Assembly (NCBI GenBank): GCA_043803685.1
Contig: JAZDJU010000092.1
Location: forward strand, 1-18,984
Direction: 5' to 3'
Length of the DNA stretch: 18,984 nucleotides
DNA from: Candidatus Omnitrophota bacterium
GTDB lineage: Bacteria > Omnitrophota > Omnitrophia > Omnitrophales > Aquincolibacteriaceae
Below, piece after piece: positions 7,592-15,536 of this stretch (the stretch's first letter is position 1; every line of letters starts with the position of its first letter). The position numbers were made by a program, and so were the translations under genes. Under the pieces are notes generated by a model. It was given only the letters and a program-made list of their open reading frames with translations, was not told the DNA's origin and did no database searches.

Positions 7592-9262
7592 TCAAGAGGA
7601 TCCTTGCATTCCACGGAGCGCGGTTTTATTTTTGGGATTGATCTGAAGAGAACGAGCGAAAAAGCTTCCAGCCCTCAAATGATTCTTCCGTTTGAGTTCC
7701 AACCAGCCCATTTCCGCAAGAGCCTCGTCATTCTTGGGATTCAGACGAACCACATACGCAAGCAACCCTTCTGCGTCCACCAATTTCCCCTGCTTCACAT
7801 AGATAGACGCCAAAGCGACCGAGGCAACCTGATCCCGAGGGTTCAGAAGAAGTTTCTTTTTCAGCTCATCAGCCAAAGAAGACAGCTGGGACGGTTGTTG
7901 AGAAGGCTGTTTGGACAGCTGAAGTGAAGGCTGTTTTGACGGCTGGGGTGAAAGCTGTTTGGACGGCTGAGGTGAAGGCTCCCGAGAAATCGGCTTGGAG
8001 CTCACGGCCTTCTTGTTCTCTGAAATGAGCTCGGAAGCTTTCTGGGTGTACACCTGAGCGTTGATGGCATCTCCTCGCCCTTGATAAAAAGACCCAAACT
8101 CGGCAAAGACTCTTTCATTCTTAGGCGACAACTCAACGGCTTTGCGAAAAGCTTGCTCGGCTTTTTCTTCATGACCTTGGGCCAAGTCAAGCCTCGCCCG
8201 CCACAAATAAGCTTCGCCATTTTGGGAATTCAGATGGAGAGCTTTACTCAAAAGCTCATCTGCTTTGACATAATTTTTTTCTGAAAGATAAAACGAAACA
8301 GCCTTAAGAAGATAATCAGCTCTCTGAGGATTCAGGGACAGCAACGCTTCGATCATTGCAACGGATTCCAGGGCCTTCCCCTGAGAAGCATAGACCTTGG
8401 CCAGAACCCCGTAGCCCCCCCCCTTATCCGGATTGATCTCGAGCGCTTGCTTTGCTGCTTTTTCAGCAAAAGCCTGTGCTCCCTGGGCCTCATGCAATTC
8501 CGCCAAAATCCGATAGGCATCACTCCTGCGAGGGCTGATCTCCAAGGCCTCATCCAACAGCTTCTTCGCCTCGGCATATTCACCCCGCCTCATGTAAATA
8601 CTAGCCATACTCGCGCGAGCCCCATACAACTTCGGATCCAAGACCAAAGCTTTAGCATAAAGCCCTATCGCCTTCTCATTTAAAGAATCATCGTAGGTGG
8701 CCGCCCCCAGAATCTCGAAACAAGAGATTGCCGATTGATAGACATCCGCATCAGAAGGATTCTCTTCAAGCGCTTTCGTAATCAGCTCCAAAATGGTTTT
8801 CTTTTGAGAATAATCGGCCGTAGCGCGGCCTTTCTCGGCAACCACTTCTGCCCCATGAGCTAAAGCCCGCCCATTTTTCGGATTTATTTCGATTGCCCGT
8901 GAGCCAAGCTGGCTAGCCTTATCAAAAGAAGCAAAGGTATCATCCTTCCGCAGAGAGATCACCCCCAGACCGTCAAAAGCCCTGTCCTCAGAGGGATTAA
9001 CACCCAATACATTCTTGAAAGCCTCCTCGGCCTTTAAAAATTCATCCCTGTCTAAATAGAACTTTGCAAGGGCAAGATGCCCGTTTATCGAATCGGGCTC
9101 TTTCTTTGTCTCTTCTAATAATTGACTCTCCATCGAAGTATCCTCAACCCCCGCGCAGTAAGTCGAGAGATTCGAGGTAAAGATAAGAAATAAGACCTGA
9201 AACACCGCTACGATTAAAAAGCGAACCCGAAAGGTCCGACCTACGAGCGCAAATATCCCCAT
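7592..9262 (-). CDS. Exported/membrane-anchored tetratricopeptide repeat protein
   Basis: Hydrophobic N-terminus; many TPR-like units ending in AL/AI-x-x-[NSD]-P; GGAGG SD upstream. Confidence 0.85.
   Translation of the reverse strand: MGIFALVGRTFRVRFLIVAVFQVLFLIFTSNLSTYCAGVEDTSMESQLLEETKKEPDSINGHLALAKFYLDRDEFLKAEEAFKNVLGVNPSEDRAFDGLGVISLRKDDTFASFDKASQLGSRAIEINPKNGRALAHGAEVVAEKGRATADYSQKKTILELITKALEENPSDADVYQSAISCFEILGAATYDDSLNEKAIGLYAKALVLDPKLYGARASMASIYMRRGEYAEAKKLLDEALEISPRRSDAYRILAELHEAQGAQAFAEKAAKQALEINPDKGGGYGVLAKVYASQGKALESVAMIEALLSLNPQRADYLLKAVSFYLSEKNYVKADELLSKALHLNSQNGEAYLWRARLDLAQGHEEKAEQAFRKAVELSPKNERVFAEFGSFYQGRGDAINAQVYTQKASELISENKKAVSSKPISREPSPQPSKQLSPQPSKQPSLQLSKQPSQQPSQLSSLADELKKKLLLNPRDQVASVALASIYVKQGKLVDAEGLLAYVVRLNPKNDEALAEMGWLELKRKNHLRAGSFFARSLQINPKNKTALRGMQGSS
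7903..7980. repeat. Intragenic 24-bp tandem repeat x3 (12-bp sub-period) encoding a Pro/Ser/Gln linker
   Basis: aaggctgtttggacagctgaagtg / aaggctgttttgacggctggggtg / aaagctgtttggacggctgaggtg + aaggct; protein PSPQPSKQLSPQPSKQPSLQLSKQP. Confidence 0.85.
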
Positions 9263-9469
9263 TTTTACCTCCGACTATTCATTTTCCAGAATGAACCGCA
9301 CAGGAAAAATATTTCCAAAAACTGACTCACTCAAAAACACCAGAAAAATCCGACTACGGCTCCTCTGTAAGAACCTGCTATGTCTAACAGCAAACATTAC
9401 ACACAATATCAACTTCAACAAAACCAAAATTATCACCCGGGTCCTGATTGCACTCTCGCAGCATCCGCA

Positions 9470-10390
9470 TCAAGCTTTTACGATCGGTAACTCGCTAAAA
9501 CGCTGGATATAGCCGAGCTCCTTCGCTTTCGCCTCACACAAAGCAGCTCTTTCGGATTGACCCAAAGCTTGGAATGCAAACCCGAGATAGTGACAGATTA
9601 ACCCCATGCTAGATGGATCGTATTTTTCTAGGGCCTCTTGGCACACAGAGACCGCTTTTGGGTACTCACCGGCAAACACATAAGCATAAGCCATGTTTTC
9701 GTAAAAATAAGGCGGCAGATTTGCGCCAGGCGGTATCGGAGAAAAGAGTGCTTTTTCAAGATAAGGTACCGCGCCCTTCCAGTCCCCAAAGTCCCCATAA
9801 GTGATTCCAATATCAAAAACATTATGGGACGCTAGAACTTTTTGAATTTCTGGGGGCTGCAAACTATGAGCCTTTTCATAGGCCTCCAGAGTTGCCTTTT
9901 TATCTTTGACAGTATGGCGAAGTGAGTGCCCGAATCTATGCCAATGCAGCCAATCGCCGGGTTCTTTTTCGAGCGCCTTCTGGAGGTAGGGAAGCGCCTT
10001 CTCATACCGATCTGTTCCATCTAAAACTTCAGCATAATCAGCTGCAATATCTAAATTGGAAGGAAGCGCCAGTTCTTCTAATTGATCCAGAATGGGTAAA
10101 GCTTCGGAGTATTTTGCACTAACCGTGTATTCGTGAGCGAGCTTTGCCATGTCCGATAGCTTGGTCCTGCTCACATCGACAATGCCATTGATGCTCTGGA
10201 TATTCTTAAGGTCATAAACCAACTCAACGCCCCCAAGATCCATCTTGACATTTGTGTCGTTCAATTCAATGACGTTGCCTTTCCCGGAATTTCCGTTCTT
10301 TAAGAGGATCTCTGCCGCAAAAGCTTGCGCTCCCCCAAATAGAAGCACTCCCACGATAGCAACTATGGAAAGCGGAATCGTACGATTCAT
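9470..10390 (-). CDS. Secreted TPR protein with a small N-terminal beta-rich domain
   Basis: Signal peptide ending AQAFA; ILLKNGNSGKGNVIE segment; TPR-like helices (ALPYLQKALEKEP, AVPYLEKAL); GGAGG SD. Confidence 0.8.
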   Translation of the reverse strand: MNRTIPLSIVAIVGVLLFGGAQAFAAEILLKNGNSGKGNVIELNDTNVKMDLGGVELVYDLKNIQSINGIVDVSRTKLSDMAKLAHEYTVSAKYSEALPILDQLEELALPSNLDIAADYAEVLDGTDRYEKALPYLQKALEKEPGDWLHWHRFGHSLRHTVKDKKATLEAYEKAHSLQPPEIQKVLASHNVFDIGITYGDFGDWKGAVPYLEKALFSPIPPGANLPPYFYENMAYAYVFAGEYPKAVSVCQEALEKYDPSSMGLICHYLGFAFQALGQSERAALCEAKAKELGYIQRFSELPIVKA

Positions 10391-10584
10391 AGCATTCCTC
10401 CCAGGATTGGTTAACGCAAGAGATTTTCTTCGACAACATTTTACAGTTCCCCACAGAAGAGAACAAGATAAAACACATATCCTCTGAGAGCGCTGTGACG
10501 CATATGGAATGGTTTACTGGCAGCGGCTATAAAAAATTTTCGATTTTCAAAAATTCGACTCGATGTCCCCAATCGCCTAAAAGC

Positions 10585-10612
10585 CCCCAGAGAGACACCC
10601 ACCTCTCTGGGG
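10585..10612 (-). terminator. Putative intrinsic terminator downstream of ssrA
   Basis: 10-bp stem ccccagagag/ctctctgggg with 8-nt loop, followed on the minus strand by GCTTTT. Confidence 0.5.
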
Positions 10613-10696
10613 CATTGTTTCCGCCTAAAACTAGCTCGCCGCCTTGATAGCGGTATGTTTCAACTTCTGTTTCTTCGAGACAGTTTACTATTGAAG

Positions 10697-11094
10697 TGGT
10701 GGAGGTGGAGGGAATTGCACCCTCGTCCAAAGGATTCGTCATTAAGGGGTCTCCATGCTCAGTTCGCAATGGATTTAATCCCCCAAGCCTCTGCGAACGA
10801 GATCCTGAAGGACGATCCGCCTAAATCTTATTCCTGGACACGGCGACGAGGCCCAAGAAGCAACCTGCTTTTTCGTCAGCAGAACTCAGCAGGTATCGGC
10901 TCTGTGACGTTCGCTAGCAGTTAAGCAGCGAAAGGAAGAGCGAAAGGCATTGGAACCGTTACCGGTCCAACAGCTCTTTCGTTCCAGCTGGTTTTTTCAG
11001 CATTTGTGTTTTGCCACGTTTTTTTGAGAGGCACCTGACGAACCTCTGCATGCTCCCTTAAGTGCAGTACCCCCTGTCGAACCTATTCACCCCC
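10697..11094 (-). ncRNA. ssrA: tmRNA (one-piece, about 398 nt)
   Basis: 5' GGGGGTG...TTCGAC, 3' GAGGGTGCAATTCCCTC-CACCTCC-ACCA with G3:U; internal tag ORF 11001-10921 ending FAA-stop; adjacent to smpB. Confidence 0.96.
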
Positions 11095-11130
11095 AGGAAC
11101 GACGATGTTAAAGATCAGAATTACACCGGA

Positions 11131-11159
11131 AGTATAACACGTTGAAGGGTGCCGCTCAA
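11131..11159 (-). promoter_or_regulatory. Putative sigma70 promoter for ssrA
   Basis: TTGAGC (11159-11154) - 17 nt - TATACT (11136-11131), with TG-N extended -10. Confidence 0.65.
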
Positions 11160-11213
11160 TGAAGAGCGCAGAAAAAAAAGAATGGATTTTGGGGCTGGGA
11201 GAATGCTGGGAGG

Positions 11214-11726
11214 CTAACGTCGTGTGGCTTTTTTGATGGCTGACTGTGTCTCGCGGGTATGGATGCGCTGTTTGATAGTTTCTCGTTTGTCGTACTGTTT
11301 TTTACCTTCGCCAAGCGCGATCTCGATCTTTACGAATCCTTTTTTGATATACATCCGAAGCGGAACGATCGTGACTCCTTTGCGCCCCGCCTGCCCCATC
11401 AATCGATTGATCTCACCGCGTTTGAGGAGCAACTTCCGGGTCCTGATCGGATCCAGTTCCTCATGCCCCTGGATCTTTGAATAGGGGGAAATATGACAAT
11501 TCAGAAGGAAGGCTTCTTCTTTCATGATGCGCACATAGCTGTCCTTCAAGTTCACGCGCCGCTCGCGAATGGACTTGACCTCGTGCCCCATCAAACTTAC
11601 CCCCGCCTCATATCGGTCGTGAATAAAGTAGTCATAATGGGCCTTCCGATTCTCAGCTATGGCCTCGATTGAAGATTTCGCGGGCTTAGGCGAAGGCGTC
11701 GACGTCGAATCTTTTTTCTTTTTCAT
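11214..11726 (-). CDS. smpB: SsrA-binding protein SmpB (probable start ATG 11726; ORF track extends to 11777)
   Basis: IAENRKAHYDY, EAGVSLMGHEVKSIR, HISPY, RTRKLLL, GKKQYDKRETIK. Confidence 0.97.
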   Translation of the reverse strand: MKKKKDSTSTPSPKPAKSSIEAIAENRKAHYDYFIHDRYEAGVSLMGHEVKSIRERRVNLKDSYVRIMKEEAFLLNCHISPYSKIQGHEELDPIRTRKLLLKRGEINRLMGQAGRKGVTIVPLRMYIKKGFVKIEIALGEGKKQYDKRETIKQRIHTRETQSAIKKATRR

Positions 11727-11907
11727 AGATGAGAAATGCTTTCGTAGGAGCAAATACCGAAGTTGCAGTATAAACACCCGTTAGTTTTGGCGAAGTCAAC
11801 GGATTGTCCACAATTTCTTCTCAAAATACGCACCAACCCGATCACGAGAGATCAAAGACATCCCCGCCAAACCTAAAATCAGCAATAAAGAGTGAGCACC
11901 GCACTTT

Positions 11908-12096
11908 TCACAATCGAAGCCCATTCGGCCACATATCATCAGGGATTTTTTCACCGGCGGACGTGCGTTTAAATCTTTCGCAAGCTTCAAACTTGTCCTT
12001 GCAAAAAATTCTCTTCAAAGCTTCGCCCGAAGACGGCATTGTAAGCCTGGAGAAAAATGGACAACATTTGAGCTTGGAACATTCGCGTTCAGACAT
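11908..12096 (-). CDS. Small cysteine-rich hypothetical protein (62 aa)
   Basis: C-x4-CCPFF...FC-x6-CER...P-x-x-MWP pattern; purine-rich GAGAAAGG upstream; fills the gap between tRNA-Leu and smpB on the coding strand. Confidence 0.7.
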   Translation of the reverse strand: MSERECSKLKCCPFFSRLTMPSSGEALKRIFCKDKFEACERFKRTSAGEKIPDDMWPNGLRL

Positions 12097-12217
12097 ATTC
12101 GATGCCTTTCTCGGTAAACTCTTCTACGACGATCGGGGTTTTGAGCTAATCGAGCGCGGCCACCGTGAAGTGCTCGTGTTAAATTCTTACGGCGCCGTAC
12201 TTGTTCAAAAAATCAAG

Positions 12218-12301
12218 TGCTGAGGGGGGGAATTGAACCCCCAAGGGATCGCTCCCACAGGCTTCTGAGACCTGCGTGTCTGCCAGTTCCACCACCCCAG
12301 C
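12218..12301 (-). tRNA. tRNA-Leu(CAG), CCA not encoded
   Basis: GCTGGGG...CCTCAGC-A; anticodon arm CAGGT-CTCAGAA-GCCTG; long variable arm GGGA-GCGA-TCCC. Confidence 0.95.
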
Positions 12302-12320
12302 ATGAATGTAAAGAATGAAA

Positions 12321-12349
12321 AATATAGAGGCATATGCAGGTGCCGTCAA
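12321..12349 (-). promoter_or_regulatory. Putative sigma70 promoter for tRNA-Leu
   Basis: TTGACG (12349-12344) - 17 nt - TATATT (12326-12321). Confidence 0.6.
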
Positions 12350-12375
12350 CCGCAAAGATAGAAAAAGAGAATCCT

Positions 12376-13749
12376 CTACTGCAGAGAAACTTCTTTGGGA
12401 ATAGTGGCGGTGTTACTTGTGGCAGGCGGAGGAGGCTGCGTTTGGGCCACGACAGGGGTCGGCATGGTCTGATCCGCAGCAACCTGTGCTGAAAGCGCCG
12501 CCACCTGAGCCGCATCTTGAGCAGAGGAAGGCTCCGTCACCGGACGAGAGATCAAATTGATATTACGAAATTGAAGAATCCCCTTTTTGGCCTCTCCAAC
12601 GCGGGCATTTGTAAACACAAAAACCATCTCATTCACAAGAAGAGGTTTCTGGGCGTGAAAATCAAACTGCACGAGCTGCCAGTCCTTTCCGAAATTTCTT
12701 GGAGCGAACCGACGAACCACATTCCCCTTGGACTTCATCTCGATGAAAAAGCTATCCGGGGCACCCTCTTCAGCTTTTCCACGGATCTCAAAGAAAAAAC
12801 CGGAATACTTAGAAAGATCCAAACCCCGCGTCTTGATATACACACCACAGAACGAACCCACCGGAAAAACGTCATATTCGGCTTCTAGCAACACCTGTCC
12901 CGAATCCGGATCCTTAAAAAATTCCCTACCGGCATATCCAACCTTGGGCGTAAAAAAGGTCCCGTGATCGAAAACAACATCTTTAAAGAAACTTCCGGCA
13001 AACTTGGAAAGATTAACCTGTTCGGCCTCTTTCGCAGCAGACTTCGTGAGAAGTTCGTATGATTCTTTCATCGCTTGCCATTCCTGCGTATTCACCCGCT
13101 TCGGAATTAAGGTCACCCCATCGCCCAACGTCGCTGTTTGAAGCCCCCGGATACGCACGCCCTCTTTGGGGAAAAATATAAACGCCGGCGACACTTCCAC
13201 AGAACCACTCAACACCCCCACCACATCCTTCTCAGGGCTACGTGCTGCCAGGATGCGGAAAACGGCACCGCTCGGCGTCACAACACCATGGGGCGTCATA
13301 ACTACAAAAGACATTGTTTTATCAACGTTCATGCGCCGTTCAAATTCCTTCGTCGTCGCGCCCAACAACGCTCCCTTCTCGAGCAGTAACTTATAGATAT
13401 CCTTCTTTGCCTGAGTTTTACATTCTTTATTCGTAAGCTCGGCATTCTCTTTCAACCGAAGCATGATCCTATTTTCAACTTGGAGGTTAATGATCCCATC
13501 CGCTCCAGTCTTGATCGTTTGATTTGCAGAGAATTCTTCGCCGCGTTTGGGCACGTGCCAAGAATGGTTCTTAGGATCGGAGATCTTAACGTCCCCTTCA
13601 AATCCAAGAACTTCAAATGCCAGGGGAACGTAAGGCTGAGGAGCCAACCGAACCCAGAGGACAATTCCTGCGGCAATCACCAGGACAGCAAGGATAAGTT
13701 TCCAGAAACCCTTCTTCCCTTTAGGTTTATCAATGGCTATATTATTCAT
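12376..13749 (-). CDS. Membrane-anchored protein: N-terminal TM helix, FecR-like beta domain, CBM11/CIA30-like domain, low-complexity tail
   Basis: Basic N-terminus then TM; GDVKI...IKTGADG...LRLKEN...LEKGAL...VMTPHGVV...GAVF...VLSGSVEV (FecR-like); DLSKYSGFFFEIRG...FFIEMK...DWQLV (CBM-like). Confidence 0.75.
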   Translation of the reverse strand: MNNIAIDKPKGKKGFWKLILAVLVIAAGIVLWVRLAPQPYVPLAFEVLGFEGDVKISDPKNHSWHVPKRGEEFSANQTIKTGADGIINLQVENRIMLRLKENAELTNKECKTQAKKDIYKLLLEKGALLGATTKEFERRMNVDKTMSFVVMTPHGVVTPSGAVFRILAARSPEKDVVGVLSGSVEVSPAFIFFPKEGVRIRGLQTATLGDGVTLIPKRVNTQEWQAMKESYELLTKSAAKEAEQVNLSKFAGSFFKDVVFDHGTFFTPKVGYAGREFFKDPDSGQVLLEAEYDVFPVGSFCGVYIKTRGLDLSKYSGFFFEIRGKAEEGAPDSFFIEMKSKGNVVRRFAPRNFGKDWQLVQFDFHAQKPLLVNEMVFVFTNARVGEAKKGILQFRNINLISRPVTEPSSAQDAAQVAALSAQVAADQTMPTPVVAQTQPPPPATSNTATIPKEVSLQ

Positions 13750-13898
13750 GGGGGTTAGTCTATCTCACGTTTACTAATTTGTCCACTTTCCGCAAAGATT
13801 TTTCGGGTAAATACTGGAAAATCTGGCCGATCCCAATACTTTTCATCCCGCCGACGACGTGATGAGGCCGTCCAAGCGACCCTTCATGAAAAGAATAA

Positions 13899-13923
13899 AA
13901 AAACTTGGGCGGTACAGGATTCG
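13899..13923 (-). repeat. 25-bp direct repeat of the tRNA-Val(CAC) 3' end and flank (att-like copy)
   Basis: aaaaacttgggcggtacaggattcg identical at 13899-13923 and 14034-14058. Confidence 0.92.
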
Positions 13924-14040
13924 GCGCCTTCCGCTCGCCTCGTTACGCGAGGCACGCTTCAGGTCGGCCATCCGCCCCGCAAACATGACATCAGTCATAT
14001 TTGCTAACAGGGCTCCTTTCGAATCCTCTTATTAAAAACT

Positions 14041-14115
14041 TGGGCGGTACAGGATTCGAACCTGTGACCCCTACCGTGTGAAGGTAATGCTCTAAACCAG
14101 CTGAGCTAACCGCCC
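14041..14115 (-). tRNA. tRNA-Val(CAC), CCA not encoded
   Basis: GGGCGGT...ACCGCCC-A; anticodon arm TTACC-TTCACAC-GGTAG; GGTTCGAAT. Confidence 0.95.
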
Positions 14116-14123
14116 TTGAAATT

Positions 14124-14678
14124 TTATGCCCGTCCGACGTACTCGCCCGTTTCCGTATTAACCTTGATTTCGGTTCCCTCGTCAATAAAGAGAGGAACAT
14201 TCACTTTGAGACCCGTCTCGCACACAGCAATTTTGACCGTGTTGGACACAGAGTCCCCGCGGACGCCCGGAGGAGCTTCCGTGATCTTGAGCGTCACGAT
14301 ACCGGGAACCTCGGGAAAAATGGGCTTTTCTTCGTAAAAATCGATTTTGATCTCCATCCCCTCTTTCAGGTAATACTTTTTATCTCCCAGAATCTCTTCA
14401 GATAGAGTGAACGAATTATAATTCTCCATATCCATGAAGTGATAGCCCTGAACGTCCTTATACAGAAATTGGCATTGTTTGGGATCAAGGGTGATCCTCT
14501 CCAGCGGCTCGTCCGGAGCAAAGCGGGTCTGCACAATCCGGCCATTTTTAAGGTTTTTCAAAGTGATCTGGAAAAAAGCTCTCAAATTTCCAGGTGTCCT
14601 ATGGGTGGCCTCGGTCACCATATGCATTTCATTTTGATGAAGAACGATGGCGCCTTTTTTTGCGTCTCTAGCTTGCAT
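14124..14678 (-). CDS. efp: Elongation factor P (TPGNLRA loop type)
   Basis: QFLYKD, YHFMDMENY, PGVRGDS, K.A..ETGLKVNVPLFIDEG..IKVNTETGEYVGR; 184 aa. Confidence 0.96.
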   Translation of the reverse strand: MQARDAKKGAIVLHQNEMHMVTEATHRTPGNLRAFFQITLKNLKNGRIVQTRFAPDEPLERITLDPKQCQFLYKDVQGYHFMDMENYNSFTLSEEILGDKKYYLKEGMEIKIDFYEEKPIFPEVPGIVTLKITEAPPGVRGDSVSNTVKIAVCETGLKVNVPLFIDEGTEIKVNTETGEYVGRA

Positions 14679-14728
14679 TATATTTCCTCTCGTTAGAATC
14701 GTCGAAAATCTCCTGTCAAGGAGGCGAC

Positions 14729-14757
14729 ATTATACATGAAGCTCACTTTCGGGCAAA
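14729..14757 (-). promoter_or_regulatory. Putative sigma70 promoter for efp
   Basis: Perfect TATAAT (14734-14729) with a TTGCCC/TTTGCC -35 candidate 16-17 nt upstream. Confidence 0.45.
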
Positions 14758-14843
14758 CCTGATTCTCCTTAAAAAAACGGGGTATCAGGCTCGCCCAAGT
14801 CACCCCTCATTTTATAAAGGGCGTAGGCGAATCCCATTAAACC

Positions 14844-15536
14844 TCAAACAATACTGATCACCGACAGGATCCGCTCCTGGGTCTGGGCTTCAAGGCGGTA
14901 GGAAAAGAACTTCTTGTTCTCACAAACGGTGCAAAGCCCCGAATCATGAATGTTCGCTTCCAACACTCCCCGTTTCACAAGACGGCTCTTGATCACACCC
15001 ACAAGGTCCAGATGGCCCTTCCCCGGATCCTTGCCGCGATAAAATCCCGGAAAATGTCCAAGAAACTCCTTACCCACCTCATAACAGCATTTACGTATCG
15101 AAGGACCGATCGCCACATGAAGTTTTCCCATGTCCGATCCGCATTTTTTCTCAAAGATCTTGAGCATTTGAGCGATGATCCCGTCCTTCACACCCTTCCA
15201 TCCACCATGCGCGATCCCTGCGATCTTCTGCACGGGATCCCAGAAAAAAACAGGCACACAATCCGCGGTTCGTACGCCAAGCACGAGCCCCGGGACCTTG
15301 GTGATCAAACCGTCCGCAGGCATTTCGAGCATCTCAGGGTCCGGGTGTTCGGCCACCACGACCGTACTCCCGTGGACCTGCTTGACCATGACCAGATTTT
15401 CAGAGAACAGCCCCAACCCTTGCAGAAATTCTGAGCGCCTCCTCTGATCAAAAACACGAGTGTGGAAACCGGCAATAACGCCTTTTCCAAACGAGTCGAA
15501 ACGGTAAATGCCCGGAGGATCTTCTTTGCAGATCAT
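14844..15536 (-). CDS. pgeF: YfiH/PgeF family protein (peptidoglycan editing factor / purine nucleoside phosphorylase-like)
   Basis: QVHG, ADGLIT, TADCVPV, IAHGGWKG, IGPSI..CCYEVG, CTVC....FFSYR; ATGA overlap with upstream gene. Confidence 0.92.
   Translation of the reverse strand: MICKEDPPGIYRFDSFGKGVIAGFHTRVFDQRRRSEFLQGLGLFSENLVMVKQVHGSTVVVAEHPDPEMLEMPADGLITKVPGLVLGVRTADCVPVFFWDPVQKIAGIAHGGWKGVKDGIIAQMLKIFEKKCGSDMGKLHVAIGPSIRKCCYEVGKEFLGHFPGFYRGKDPGKGHLDLVGVIKSRLVKRGVLEANIHDSGLCTVCENKKFFSYRLEAQTQERILSVISIV

Noticed and set aside
10527..10924. ORFs 10527-10769 (-) and 10655-10924 (+)
   Set aside because: Overlap the tmRNA 3' domain and terminator; no coding evidence
11767..11799. smpB promoter TTGACT...TATACT
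   Set aside because: Spacer is 21 nt, too long for a standard sigma70 promoter; only the -10 is plausible
12097..12217. Known riboswitch upstream of the small Cys-rich ORF
   Set aside because: Hairpins are present but I cannot match any riboswitch consensus
13840..13893. Hammerhead-like look (tgatgaggccg...gaaa) within a cttttcat/atgaaaag stem
   Set aside because: Core is GTGATGA rather than CTGATGA and stem II cannot close next to GAAA
13899..14058. CRISPR array or active prophage/ICE
   Set aside because: Only two copies, tRNA-derived; no cas or integrase gene in the window
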